Source: Squalus acanthias (Eukaryota). From it: DNA of 64,000 nucleotides. A program made the translations under genes and the position numbers. The stretch covers positions 132,062,001 to 132,126,000 of the forward strand of contig CM059431.1 in the NCBI GenBank assembly GCA_030390025.1. Direction: 5' to 3'. Shown here piece by piece: positions 36,511 through 49,585 of the stretch (position 1 is the stretch's first letter; the number at the start of each line of letters is the position of its first letter). Under the pieces are notes generated by a model. It made no database searches and was not told the DNA's origin. It saw nothing but the letters and a program-made list of their open reading frames with translations.

Positions 36511-38027
36511 TCTACAGTACCTCTTTTAAGTTTTAGTAGGAATGAATTACGCTACTTGATTCAAGGTTTGGATTTAGGCCAAGTTGAATTGGTCAAAACC
36601 CATTGAATCTACCGTTAATCTTTATGAAACTCAACCACATCCACACAATGGCTAATCATAACACAACAAGGCTGATTTTATCTCAGCCCACCCAACAGAA
36701 ATAGGACAGTAGCGGAGTTAAAATCGCAGGGCACCACATATTGCCCTGTAACCGTTCTGCTGCCCTATTTACTCAGGCCTTCCACTGGCCGGCCCCAGTG
36801 TCTGCCTGAATCAGGCAGCAGCCTCATTACCGTATGCAAATCACGGTCCTATGTGTGGATAGCTCCTGATGCAATTTAGAAGGACAACTGGGCAGAGTGT
36901 GCGCTGTGCATGCTCTGCCCAGTTGGACCGGGCGGTGATCAGGAACAGGCCCCCAAAATCAAAAGTAAATAATTACTTACGTCTGCACCTCTGGGCTCCA
37001 CAAGAATAATATGAGCCCCTGCCACCCTGGGCTCACCCCCCACACAGACCTACCTGCCTGTTGGCCTCTGGGCTGATCAATATTGTGCCGTCTTAAAGCA
37101 CATTTGGGACATGCAGCTTGCTGGCAGCATGATTGTGAGGCCCTTGAAATGGACCGAGCCTCCCGTTGGCAGGAACAGGGGCTGCTGTCTGCCCATTCTA
37201 TGCCAGGAGTTAAGTTCTACCCCCAACAGATCTATACGTTGTAGGGCTGGCTCTTGCCCACTGTACCCAACCCTAATCCCAACACAGTAATAAGATAGGG
37301 ATACTACTTTCATTGCTTTTGGAGGTTTTTTTCCCCCACCTTTCCCCTCTTGAGATGGGTTACTCCAAGGGGATTGCGCTTCATGCTATAGGATTCTCCT
37401 GCACAAACGCTCTGGGAACCCAGTTGACTCCACGAGGCTCAGTTTCACCTTCGCCTTGGGTGGTAATCTGGTGGAGCGATCGGCTGGCTGTTAATGATTG
37501 ATTCCAATGGGATTAAAATCGGCCTAGTATTACAATGGGTGGGCAAGGTTGACAATTTAGCCCCACATTTCTCTGCATGGCTTTAATCATGTCCACTGAT
37601 CCTCGTCAGTAGCTTCAGATGTTATGGCATATATAATCCACAGGCCCCGGGCAGTGGTCCAAATTTTCAACATGAATACTCCTTGATAAAAAAACCTCTT
37701 GCATTAAAAGTTGGTGGGATTATTGTAGTAATGTTATAACATGGACAAAAACTTGTCAAATAAGCAAAACCTCACGTTATTTAATTTAAAAATAAATGTG
37801 TGGATCTTTAAAGAGCAGATGATACCAAACTAGAAGGGGCAGGCGGCAGCTCAGAAACTATAGAACGAGCTAAACAAAATATGTGAATTGAGTGAACAAT
37901 GACGGATGAAATTCAATGCAAACAAGCGTAAAGTATTGCACACAGGAAGACAAAATGGGCAATGTACATACTCATGAATTGTACTGAAATAGCTGAGGAT
38001 GAAGTTAAAAGAGATCATGGAGTCTTA

Positions 38028-38354
38028 GGGGGCGATTTTGCCAGCCCTGGGGAGGCGGGTATGGAGACGGGGCTGCCGGCAAAATGGCAGAATTTGGGGG
38101 CGGGTGCCCAACCCGTCCCCAACCCACCTCCATGCCATCTTGTATGCAAGAGCTCATCAAACTGCTGAGATTGTCACTGTTTGACAGCTTCACAGAGCTG
38201 TCAAACGATGACAATTCATCTGCCACTGGACGGGCTTAACAAGGTCAATTAAGGGAAAATAGCGTGGGTTGGCCACAAATCGATGGAGGTGGAACATCGA
38301 CCCGACAAGCAGCAGTCCCGCCTCCAACGCGCCCCCATTCACAAAATCGCCCCC
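38028..38354. mobile_element. Harbinger-type MITE (327 bp), related to 33898-34743
   Basis: Perfect 13-bp TIR GGGGGCGATTTTG. 38225-38350 matches the reverse complement of ~33900-34025. Confidence 0.85.
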
Positions 38355-38670
38355 TATGACTCAATGCTCAGCATATCGAGCCAATGCAGAGCAGCAATGC
38401 CAACAGAATATCAAACTACACATCCCAAACAGTTGGATACAAGTCAGTGGAACTTGTGGTTAAACTGTACAGTGCTCTGGTCTGTCCACACGTTGAGTAC
38501 TGTGTCCAGATCTGGACACTGGGAGATATTCAAGTATTGGAGGTAGTGCTGAGAAGAGCCACAAGGCTCTTTCTTAGCGTTTGGGATCTGAGTTATGAGA
38601 AAAGACTGGAGAAACTTGGCTTTTCAGCCTCGAAAGGAGACATCTGAGATTTGATCTTATGGAGATATAT

Positions 38671-39425
38671 AGGGCGAGAAATTCATTATAGCTCCGTTCG
38701 GGGCACTATATCTTAAAATGTCTAAAATTAGCGGCAGGTGCTAATGTTTCCAAACTTTAAAAAAATGTGTTTTTGCGCTCCAAGAAGGAGGATAATGGGC
38801 AGCAGGTGGGGCGGAGACTTCAGCAGCGCTGCACACTGGGCCGAGCAGCGCTGCACACTGGGCCGAGCAGCGCTGCACACTGGGCCGAGCAGCGCTGCAC
38901 AGTTCAAAGGCTCCTTCCCTCCCTTAAAGGGCAGGGCCATCGCTGCAGGCTCTGCAATAGAAAAATTGCCTACCTGGACCACCAAGGCAGCGGCGATCCC
39001 ACGTGATCAGCCCGGCGCTCAAGCAAAGTGCCGGGCTGATCGATCGCGGGCAGAAACCCACGAAAAAAAGCGGAACAAGAAAGGTAAGGTTTCTTTTTAC
39101 TTACCTCGGCCACCTCGCTTTTAATCATCGCCCCTGAAGTGGCCGGCCGCCCGATGCATGCCTCCTGCAGCTGTCGGTGTTTTCGACCGGTGCTGCAGGA
39201 GACGGAAGACAGTTTCGGGTCTGGGGCGCTACTAGGGTGATGCGCACAGCGATGACGCTATGACCTCTGGGTGAAGGAGATCGGGGGCACAATGCTGTAG
39301 TGCTGCCGCAAAACTCCCGCCGAATATGGCGGGAGTCGATGTCAGTGCCGCGCCCGGTCGCAGAGCTATTTGTGCCCCGTGCGGGGGAGCTAACGGGAGG
39401 TGCAAAGACACCCAATTTCGCCCCC
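38671..39425. mobile_element. GC-rich Harbinger-type MITE with an internal 24-bp tandem repeat (CAGCGCTGCACACTGGGCCGAGCA x~3, 38821-38901)
   Basis: Imperfect TIRs ...GAAATT / AATTTCGCCCCC. Interrupts a CR1 frame. Right part resembles 60520-60715. Confidence 0.75.
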
Positions 39426-39559
39426 AGAAGATCGTAAATGGTATGGCAAAGGATAATCCAGAAAAGAGAAAAAAAACATGTCAACACCTTCCGGTATCTT
39501 CTATTTTATTTGCATTGTGAGAATGAGTATTGGTGTACAAATACTGAGGGATCCTTGTA

Positions 39560-39840
39560 GTGATCACAAGATACTTATGATGGGGAAAGCCATTCGGCTC
39601 ATCTTAATTTATCCATTCAGAACACTTTACACTCAGCCCATCGCTGCATCTATTAATTTCCTAAATGATTCCAGGGTTTTTGGCTCTACAACTATGCCCA
39701 GAAGCCCATTCTAGGTGTTGACCACTCTCTGTGTGAAGAAGACTCTCCTGATATCAGTCCTAAAATTACCTTTTACTAGTTTGAACTAGCGTTCCTTTAT
39801 CCTACTCCCACTGTTTAATTTAAAGTAGCATTCTGGACCC
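39560..39840 (-). mobile_element. Old CR1 3' fragment
   Basis: Reverse complement reads FFTQRVVNT.NGL...VVEPKTLESF followed by a GCCGAATGGC 3' UTR motif. Confidence 0.7.
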
Positions 39841-41015
39841 ACTCTGTTTTGCTGGTATTTTTTGTTTTAATTTCAGATCTGCTGTATTAACAGCTCTTTT
39901 ATGCTCTTTCTCCATTTTTTTCTCTTTCTTCATTTTCTTATGTTTTCTTGTCTTTTTGTTTGTGTGGATCTCTCCCCTGTCTTATCCTCCTCTTAACTAT
40001 TTGCACATATTTTTGTTCTTTTTATGTTTCTCCATCACCTCACCGATTATCTTCTACATCATCTAACAATTTTATGTTAAACAGTTTGCAGATCATTGAA
40101 CCCTTTAACCCTTTCTTCTTCCCTTTTCTCTCTCTTTTTTCGGGACTTTATTAAAATGACTGCTTATCTTTAGGTCTTCAGTTCTGATGGAGGATACACA
40201 CCCGAAACATCAATTTGTCTTTTCTCTTGACAAATACCATGTATTTGCAGCACTTTCTGATTTTAATTCCCAGTCTCACAATTTACACACTTACATTCGC
40301 ATTATGACAACCTAAGGGCAGGGGGTGGGGGCGGTTGCAACACATTGATCTAAATGCCAAACTGTGATAGGAAACAAATGTTTTACCCACTATCCTACAT
40401 ATTTCCCAAACTCAGCCCAAGTGTTAGATGTGCAAAACATGGGCTAGGTTTTTGACCACAAGAAAGGAATAAAAACCAGGGGATAAGTCACCCTGAGCCG
40501 CAGTTGTGCAAATTCTTGCAGCTGGTTGAAGAATTGCATAGCCTAAGAGTACATTCTTTGCCAAGGGAATACAAAAAGGATATAACAAGCATGATAAAAT
40601 GAAGGTGAGTTTTTATTAAAAAAAGCTTTGTGTGGTTTGTACTGATGGACTTAAGGCTACAAAGCTATAAATTATTTGAAGTCTATAAAAATATTGTCGT
40701 ATCTCCTGGTTTCTAACCATCAAACTGGCTGCAGTTATCTCAGTCTGACCTCTATACAAGTTGTATTATGAATTCTTACTAGGCAGTGCCTCAGGAAGTA
40801 TAATGATGGATAAACAGAATTACTTTGCATACACTCTGCTAACCTCAGCAGCATTTACCTTATTATTGCAGAGTGCTGAATATTAAAGGTTGTGGAGATG
40901 GCGTGCATCATTTCTTCAGAGTGATTTGACCGTGCTCTTTTTAGAGGCCTCAGGCAGTTTGGCATATAAGAAAAATGGATGGGAACCATTGCATTCTAAA
41001 TTGGGTGTGGGCTAG

Positions 41016-41248
41016 CAGAGCCAGATTAAGAATTCTTGTGACCCCGGGCACCAAGAACTTCCCTGGCCCCTCCGCACCTCCCCCACCCGATCCATTAAAA
41101 CACAAATGTGTAGTACAATGCATAAAGAAATAGGCCCGTAGAATGTTTGTGCACTGCATTAATAATATATCACAATATAGTACACTTCATGTTGGGGTGG
41201 GGCCACTGGGCACAGGTCCTGTAGGCCCATATGTTAATCCACCACTTG
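41016..41248. mobile_element. Degenerate hAT (Tip100-like) MITE
   Basis: Ends CAGAGCCAGATTAA ... TTAATCCACCACTTG. 8-bp flanks TGGGCTAG / CAAGCTAG (5/8 match). Confidence 0.5.
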
Positions 41249-41797
41249 CAAGCTAGCAGTCCATTGGCTTGTGTGATGGTCAGCAGTAGAGAATTTGTAT
41301 TGTAAAAAGCAGGAACAGAAGTCATTGTTTGTGGATTTTGATGAAACATTTACAATTTATTTATTGAATGAAGCATAAAATAAAGTGTGGTATCTTGAGG
41401 CACAGCATAGATATACAACAGCACAACATGGCTTCCGGTAAGAACTGTACTGCACATGGCTTTATTATTATATACATCAGTAGTCCATGAGGTGGCTTTA
41501 TTTCACTTCTCCCTCCTTATTGAAGAAGTTAATCATAACAAATAATCATTGTACTTGACTTGCATGGTATACACAACTCTTGGTATAAATTTCTCAAATG
41601 AATCCCATTTTATGTTTCCAAATTCTACTATAGAATTCTGTGACACAAACAAAAGATATTTACAGATCAAACTTAACCACTGGTTTTCTGTTTCGAAGAG
41701 GATACCTTCTTTCTTGAACAGAACTTTCAGATCTTGTTGCAGGACTTTGACTCAGTCTAGGCTGAGCCTGCGGAGAATTTTTCTCCAAGGGCAGACC

Positions 41798-42940
41798 TTA
41801 ATCTACATTTGGACTCTCTACACTTTCAGATTGTTTGTCTGCCTGACTCACACTCAGACTTAAATTCTGACTTTGTCTTGGACTTGTTTCTGGTACGTCT
41901 GATGTAGGATTTGCTACTGGTACTCTACTTGTAACAAGACTATCTGACTCATCAGAATAAATTGAATCATCCCAGCTTTTAACTCTTTCCACATCTGTAG
42001 GTAAGATGTGATCAATGTGAACAAACCTAACCTTTCCATGATCAAACATCTTGACCAAATATGTGCGAGGGCCACATATCTTCACTACTCTTCCTGGTAA
42101 CCACTTTAACCATTTATGGTGATGATTCTTCACTCTAACCTTCTGGTTCAACTTCACACTTTTCTCTCTAACTCTACCTTTATCATGACTCTCTTTCTGC
42201 CTTGATTGTTTCTCTTCTACGGACTGTGCCATGTTTGGCTTTAACAACGAGAACCTGGTTCGTGGCTGTTTGAGAAACAACTCTGCTGGTTTTCTACCAG
42301 TAGCGGTATGAGGAGTATTCCGATAGGTAATGAGAAAATTTGCCAGTTTGTGGTCCAATGACAACTGATGTTTCTTTGGATTTGGATCCAACATTTGCTT
42401 GATGAGGGCACGTTTGACAATTTGTACTGTGTGCTCTGCTGCACCATTTGAAGCAGGGTGGTACGGTGGAACTTTGGTATGTTTCACACCGTTTCTGCTC
42501 ATGAACTGTGTGAACACTTCTGAACAAAATTGCGGCCCATTATCAGACACAATTTCTTCTGGGAGGCCATATGAAGAAAACAATCTTCGCAAATTGTCTA
42601 GTGTTTTGCTTGTTGTTATTATCCGCATCGGAAACACCTCTACCCACTTCGAGTGACTATCTATCACTATGAACAATTGCTGTCCTTCTAGCTCAGCAAA
42701 ATCTACATGTAACCTTTGCCACACTCTGGGAGGCCATTTCCATGGCTGTAATGGTACTGATGGTGGTTTCTTGCTCACCGATTGACATGTTGTACACTGA
42801 CTGACTATGTACTCTATTTCTTTATCTAAACCTGGCCACCATAAGTAACTGCATGCAAAGCTCTTGGTCAAGCACGTTCCCAGGTGCTGGTCATGAAGAT
42901 CTCCTAACAATTTAGACCTGAACCTATTTGGGATAACCAC
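41798..42940 (-). pseudogene. Gypsy integrase open segment (380 aa) of a disrupted pol
   Basis: H2C2 zinc finger plus D,D(35)E core. Upstream pol is broken by stops and frameshifts. Confidence 0.9.
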
Positions 42941-43493
42941 TCTTGCTCACCACGTGATACAATCTTTATCCACTGGCAATTCATTCCTACAAACGAAGTA
43001 TGGATGGATATCTTCCTCTGATACCTGGTTTGGCTGTCCATTTGCAATGTAATCATACACCTTTGACATAATTGGGTCACGTTTGGTTGCCCAACCAATC
43101 TCTTCAGCTGTGACTGGCAGCTCATCAATGTATGAGAAATAGAACCCGTCTTCCCTATTGGGTGTAACTTGTGATGGGGATGGCAACCTGGACATAGCAT
43201 CAGCATTACTGTGATCAGCTGATCTTCTGTACTTCTGTACTCAATGTCATACGTATACGCTGACAAAATCAAAGCCCATCTCGGCATTCAGACTGCAGCT
43301 AAGGTTGGAACTGGAGACTTTCAATCTGCGCATAATTCTGCTCACTGACACTGAGAGTGCGTGAAGCAAAAGCAATTGGTCTCTCCTCCCCACTATCTAG
43401 TACATGAGAGATCACTGCCCCAACTCCGTACGGAGAGGCGTCACACGCTAGCTTGATCTCCTTAGATACATCATAGTGAACTAACATGGTACT

Positions 43494-43586
43494 CTCCACA
43501 ACCTTCTCAAGGGCAATAGGGATGGGCAATAAATGCTGCCCTTACCAGCGACGCCCACATCCCATAAAACAAATTTTAAAAAAAAC
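43494..43586 (+). mobile_element. Short LINE family B tail inserted in Gypsy pol
   Basis: CACAACCTTCTCAAGGGCAATAGGGATGGGCAATAAATGCTG...CCCACATCCCAT + A-rich tail, matching 4420-4508. Confidence 0.85.
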
Positions 43587-43868
43587 TGACTTTTACACTC
43601 TTTCAATGCTGTGTCGCATTCTTTTGACCACTTCCAAGGGACCTGATTTGTCAACAGCTCATTCAGTGGATGTAACAATGTAGCCAAGTTTGGGAGGAAC
43701 TTTCCGTAATAATTCAAAAGACCCAAAAATGATCGAAGTTCAGAGTAATTCTTGGGAGTGGCTGCATTTCTGATTGCATCCAGCTTTCCCTTGGTTGGAT
43801 CTAAACCATCTTTGTCTACTCTGTGCCCTAAGTACTCCACTAAGTTTTGAAACAACTCACACTTGTGA

Positions 43869-45134
43869 GCTGTCACTCATACTGAGTGTCAGATGCAGCG
43901 ATGGTGTGTCTTCTTCTTCGCCACTCTCCTCTATAGTATGAGAGACACGCTGGCCTGGTGGCAGTTCTTGGGTATCTGAAAGCAGAAAGACACAAGAGTC
44001 AGGTTGTAGTGAGGGGAGGCGGGGAAGCAACATATCCACGCATACAGCATCAGCAGCTTGTAAGTGAGAAGAGTTTGTGGGATGAGGGGGAAGAGTGATG
44101 TGAGAAGAAGGATTAGGAATGCCCATACTGTCATTGTCAGCAAAGGCTTCAACTTCGCCCGTTGCTACGGCCTCAGTGACTTCCCCTGCAATTATGTTGA
44201 GCGCGGACTCCTCCAGTTGGCCCAAGGTCTGTACAGGGGCTTGGCCGCCTCCTGTCTGCCTTTGCTCCCAGCGGTTCTGAGTCACTTTGGGCTGCAAGAG
44301 AAAAGGAAGCATGTCAGTGAGTGTGGTGCAATGTGTTTGGGTGATGTGCCTGCCATAGTTGAATAGCTGTCAGTGTTTGCAAGGTGTGAGATGTGGGTGT
44401 GAGTGTTGCAGCAGTGGTAAGGTTGGGAGCGTGAAGTGAAGCTATGATTGTGAGGTCTGAGTGGTGATAGGTAGAGATTGTTGGTAGGTAAGTGATGGGG
44501 ATGTGGTGCATTGAGCAGTGTGTGAGGCTAGTGGTGCAGATGGTGGGATATGTCATTTGCTGAAGCCTTCACTCACCTTGACCTGCCGTGTGAGGTCATT
44601 AAACTTCTTTCGACATTGTATCCAGATCCTGGGCACGACACTGTTGGCCGTGATGTAGGTAGCTATCTCCTGCCAGAACCTTCTACTGGTAGCCTTTGAT
44701 GGCTTCCTGCCACCCTACGGGAACAGGACACCCCGCCTTCTCTCAACTGCCACGACCAAAGCCTCGAGATCAGCATCTGAAAACCTTCTGGCTCTCTCTC
44801 TCTGGGTTGTTGTTGCTGTGCCATGGCTTCAGTCTGCAATGACAATGAGGTGCTGCTGCATCAAAGCACCTCCCCTTTAAGTAGTGCAGAGAGCCTTGGC
44901 CAAACATTACTGGCCATTAGACTGCACCCGATATTGGCCGTCCTCCCGCCCCTTACCCCCATTGCGCAATAAGCCAATCAGTAGCGCGTTTAGCGCTGAG
45001 ATCAGTGCTCCAATCATTATAGTGAGCAGGCAGCACGAATTTTGCGTGCTGCCTGGACCACTTTCAACGAGCACAGGCAAATAGTCCTGGCCCTTGACAC
45101 GGCCCATTTTCGGGCCTAATCCAATTTCTAGGCC
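43869..45134 (-). mobile_element. Harbinger terminal fragment with a decayed 3-exon Myb/SANT gene
   Basis: ATG ~44824. RKKFNDLTRQVK|GTGAGT (~44577). Exon 2 after TTCTCTTGCAG (PKVTQNR...QTGGG). TIR AATTTCTAGGCC at ~45123-45134. Confidence 0.8.
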
Positions 45135-45698
45135 TAAGTACCCCATTGATTCAACTCCTCAGTCCCACAAACTAAGCTTTTTTCAATGAAAAGAAACTTG
45201 CAGTCCTGTTCAGCCGCTGCATCCCACCTATTACCCAAGTACCCAAGGCCTGCTAGACGATTTTCCTCCCTTTCACAAGGCAGGCTCCCCAACGGATTTA
45301 GAAATCCTGCCGAGAGCCACTAACGTTATTTAAATTATCCTGACCTCGGAAAATCAGCCAGGATCATGAACGGGCTATGGGGGAAGAGTGGAACTCCCAT
45401 CCTGTCAAAAATGTTTCAGGGTTTCCGGCAAAGTGGAAAATATTTTACCCATCATAACCTGTTTATTTTTACATACTGCATCAGCATTGAGACAATGGGA
45501 AATCCCAGGGCAGTTCACAACTCGATGCTAGAATGGACTTTCATTCAGTGCACTTGCAGGGGTTTAGCTAGGCAGACAATATAAGGGCTTTGAGCTTCCA
45601 CGCCTTAATCTAGGGTTAATTCAAGGGGGTAACATTGATTCGCATCTCGGCAGACCAATCACACAGAGTTAAGAGAGGAGTTAGAGGACAGAGTCTCT

Positions 45699-46436
45699 GG
45701 GCTGGATTTTGTCTTGGGGTCGGGTTGGGGTCGTGTCATCCGCATTTCGTGTTCCCCCCCGACTCCAGATTAATGTGGATGAATGATGCAATTTTCACTT
45801 AATTGGGCAATTGAGTTCCAGCATGTGGGAACCCATGAACTAATTAGTAGTTTCAGTCTGAAAGTCACCTCTGATGATGTCATCATTGCTGCTGCATTGC
45901 AGGTCAGAGACTGACTGGATGTTGGTGAGAGAGGACCTGCCTGGCTTTTGCTGAGAGTGGACCTGGATGCGAGAGAGAGAGAGAGAGAGAATGATTTTGC
46001 ATCCAAGTCCTCTCACACAGCAAAGGCCATGCAGTTCAGCAGCATCAGAGGCGACTTTCAGACCCAATACTACTACCACCTTCATCACATCTCCGTTGTA
46101 ATAGTGGACCTGCAGCTGATAGTCAGCTATCCACTTGTGCTCCCGCCAGGTTTCACTGGAGTGTTTCACATCAGGTGTACTTCACGTCGGAAAAGGGTTA
46201 AACTAGCTAAAGCGTTTCAAAATGGCATTACAGAGCCAATTTAGGGCTTGTTAAGGGCTTTAATGGCCTCTCCCGCCTCTTGGAGGCGGGATGGAGTCGG
46301 GAACCCCGCGACTGATTTTGTCAAAATTGCGTGGAGGCGGGATAGAGTCGGGATGGGGTCGGGACCCACGACCCCGCAAATTTAACCCCCCACACGCCTC
46401 CAAACCCGACTCCATGGGTCATTCAAAATCCAGCCC
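45699..46436. mobile_element. Harbinger-type MITE (738 bp)
   Basis: Perfect 13-bp TIR GGGCTGGATTTTG, TSD TCT/TCT. Right end resembles 34640-34743. Confidence 0.9.
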
Positions 46437-47054
46437 TCTCTTTCTCTCTTTAGGGAGGGCAGTCTAGATCAGTGACACAGAGATCTCACTCTCTCAGACA
46501 CAGAGGCTGAGAAACTCCAGGCTGAAGTATGAATAGATATAGCATGCAAGAGAAAAGGTTAGTGCCAGTTACTTCAGGGGCTGCTAATCCTGTAAATGAG
46601 TTTAGGCTATAACAGAGGCAAAGTTTCATACTTAAAGTATGAGGGTAGGTAGCACATAGATATATATTACTGGGAAACTAATTTCTGTTCATTCATATAT
46701 TCTATGTAAAATAAACCAGCTTGTTGGTTTATATTCTTGCCTCATCTCACTAGAGTGCGTTTAAGTTCGCCTTCCGAAAAGACAGGAGAACGCACATGGC
46801 GGCGCATGCAAGATCATAGTATACAGTGCACACAATGAGAGGTTCATGGTTCCACTCCCTGGGTCACACTATTGTTTAATTAGATATTCGGCATTAAAAG
46901 TGTACTCCTGTATATAGAGGAAACAAGTGCTGCTGAGCCCAAGAGACTATCTACTGCAGACCCATGAAATTTGTAACAGCATTTGCTCTCCCTTTTCTCA
47001 CAGAACATTGGCTGATCCTCTTCTGTTAACAATTTACAGCACTTTCCTAGAAGT

Positions 47055-47742
47055 GTGGAATGATAGGAATTGCAGCACAGCAGGAAAGCATTCGGCCCTT
47101 TGTGCCGGTGCCGATGCTAACTTTTCGACTGGAGCTGTCTGCTTTAATTCTAATTCATTGTCCTCTGACCATATCCTTTTACATCCTTTCTTTTCAAATA
47201 CTTATTCAATTGCCTTTTAAATGATTTTATAATCTCTTGTGGTTAAAGCTTCCTATATTCTAATAATCTCCATGTGAAAAAAATCATGATCTCTTCTAAT
47301 TTCCCTTTTCATTTTTCCAGTGATAATCCTCACACTGTGCACTCTTTTTGCCAATTCACCAATCAGTGAAAACAACCTTTCACTATTTACCCTCTCATAA
47401 CCTTTCCTAATCTTCAAAACCCCTGTTAGATCCCTCAGTTAACCCTCTCTATTCCAGTGAACTCGCCCTTTTTTTGTTTTTTTCATAATTATAATCTCTC
47501 ATTTCTGTTATCATTTAAGTGAATTTCTGCTGTACCCTCTCCATTGCTATAATATCCTTCCTATAATGGAATGCCCAGAACTGCTTGGAATAGTCCCAGC
47601 TGTGGCCTAACTAATCCCTTGCATAGCTTATTTGTTTTTATATTCAACACTCCTATGTATAAACCCAGAATCGCATTTGCTTTTCGATGGCCTTTTCCAG
47701 CTGCAGTCTCACTTTTAAAGATCTATGTATCGACTCCTCCAG
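47055..47742 (-). mobile_element. Old CR1 3' fragment (continues at ~49178-49580)
   Basis: Reverse complement reads GGGCCGAATGC 3' UTR, LVRPQLGLF and RGDL..VLKI remnants. 49178-49580 has ADDT, VSQGS and VDF-type motifs. Confidence 0.7.
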
Positions 47743-47744
47743 CT

Positions 47745-48368
47745 AAAGAAAGAAAGAATGGCATGCATTTATACAGCAACATTTACATTCTCAGGATGTC
47801 TCAATTTGCTTCACCGCCTATGAATTTCTTTTAAAGTGTAATTACTGCTGTCATGCAGGCAAATACAGCACCCAATTTGCATACAGCAGGGTCCACTTGA
47901 TCTGCTTTGATGGTGGTGTTTGAAGGATAAATATTGGACACTGGAAGAACTCCCCTGATGTTTGAATAGTGCCTTGGGATCTTTTATGTCCAGCAATACA
48001 GGCAGATGGGGCCTCATTTTCATGTCTCATCCGAAAGACTACGAGGGTGAAATTGGACATGGACACGGACACAAAACAGGCAGTATCACTGTGGTTGCCC
48101 GTTATGCACCCCGCCCGATATTCAGTTCCACTGACTTCAATAGAACTGAATATCTTAGTCGTGTCACATAACGGGAGGCAAAAGCAATTACGTCTGTTTT
48201 TCGTCCCTGCCCATGTACAATTTCACCCCCAACTCTGACAATACAAAACCTCCTCACTATTGCACTGAAATGTCAGCCTAGATTGTAGGCTCAAGTCCTG
48301 AAGCCAGGTTTGAATCCACAATCTTCTGACTCAGAAGCAAAAGTTCTACCACTGAGCTAAGCAGACAC
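47745..48368 (-). mobile_element. tRNA-headed DeuSINE/SacSINE-like SINE, interrupted by a small MITE
   Basis: Reverse-complement head TAGCTCAGTGGTAG...GGATTCAAACC (A and B boxes), central GTCTTTCGGATGAGAC...AAAAGATCCCAAGGCACTATT core, and L2-like tail. Confidence 0.8.
48043..48230. mobile_element. Small Harbinger-type MITE (188 bp)
   Basis: TIR G(A/G)GGGTGAAATTG, flanks TAC/AAC. Interrupts the SINE core. Confidence 0.75.
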
Positions 48369-48424
48369 TTATAGATCACTCTGTTTCTGCACTCTTTTAA
48401 GAATGCCATTTCATATATACCTCC

Positions 48425-49177
48425 TTTTCTTTTCGTTCCTAGGATGTGGGCGTCGCTGGCAAGGCCAGCATTTATTGCCCATCCCTAATTGCCCTTGAGA
48501 TGGTGGTGGCGAGCCGCCTTCTTAAACTGTACTGTTAGGAAGGGAGTTCCAGCTTTTGGACCCAGTGATGATGAAGGAACGCCAATATATTTCCAAGTCA
48601 GGATGGTGCGTGACATGGAGGAGAACTTGGAGGCAATCATGTTCCCGTGCGCCTGCTGCCCTTGTCCCTCTAGGTGGTAGTGGTCGCAGGTTGGGAAGGT
48701 GCTGTCGAAGAAGCCTTGGCAAGTTGCTGCAGTCCATCTTGTAGATGGTACACACTGCAGCCACGGTGCGCTGGTCGGTGGTGGAGGGAGTGAATGTTTA
48801 AGGTGGTGGATGGGGTGCCAATCAAACGGGCTGCTTTGTCCTGGAAGATGTTGAGCTTCTTAAGTGTTGTTGGAGCTGCACTCACTCAGGCAAGTGGAGA
48901 GTATTCCATCACACTCCTTACTTGTGCCTTGAATATGGTGGAAAGGCTTTGGGGAGTTAGGAGGTGAGACACTCATTGCAGAATACCCAGCCTCTGACCT
49001 GCTCTTGTTGCCACAGTATTTAAGTGGCTGGTCCAGTAAAGTTTCTGGTCAATGGTGACCCCCAGGATGTTGCTGGTGGGGGATTCGGTAATGGTAATGC
49101 CATTGAATGTCATGGGGAGGTGGTTAGACTCTCGCTTGTTGAGATAGTCATTGCCTGGCACTTGTGTGGCGCAAATT
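48425..49177 (-). mobile_element. LINE family B 3' fragment
   Basis: Colinear with 31005-31780. Confidence 0.9.
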
Positions 49178-49585
49178 TGTCCAAAATGTACTACTTTACT
49201 TTTGTCCTCATTGACCTGCATCTGCCAGCTATCTGCCCACTCTGCTAAGTTATGTATGTTCTCTTGCAATCTCTTGCTTACAGTTTGTTATAGCCTCTAA
49301 TTTGTATCATCAGCAAACTTTAATATCATCCTCTTGTATCTTTGTCAAACTTATTGAAGAGGCCCCATCATAGATCCCTGGGACACACCACTATACACAT
49401 GTCGTCAATCTGCAAAACATGGATTTCTCCCTGCTTTTTGCTTTCTATCCTCTATCTATCACTTTATCTATTTGGCTACATCCCCTTCAATAACATGTGC
49501 TTTCATTTTTGTTGAAAATCTCTTACATAGCACCTTATTAAATGTCTCCTAAAATCCACGTATGCAATATCAACCATAGTCCTTT

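Larger units (their letters stand above)
37790..39480 (+). mobile_element. Old CR1 RT fragment interrupted by two MITEs
   Basis: ADDTKLEG, MKFNANK.KVLH, LYSALVCPHVEYCVQIW and DLMEIY|KIVNG remnants. Confidence 0.75.
41386..43868 (-). mobile_element. Gypsy LTR retrotransposon fragment: RT end, RNase H, integrase, PPT and 3' LTR (~41386-41505)
   Basis: RSFLGLLNYYGKF, LACDASPYGVGAV and RPIAFASRTL. Integrase H2C2 and core motifs HVDFA, VSDNGPQF, PYHPASNGAAE. PPT AAGGAGGGAGAAG (41506-41518) abuts TG. The LTR distal end is approximate. Confidence 0.92.

Noticed and set aside
40521..40609. Exon bounded by TTCTTGCAG and AAG|GTGAGT
   Set aside because: It has stops in all three frames and no other support.
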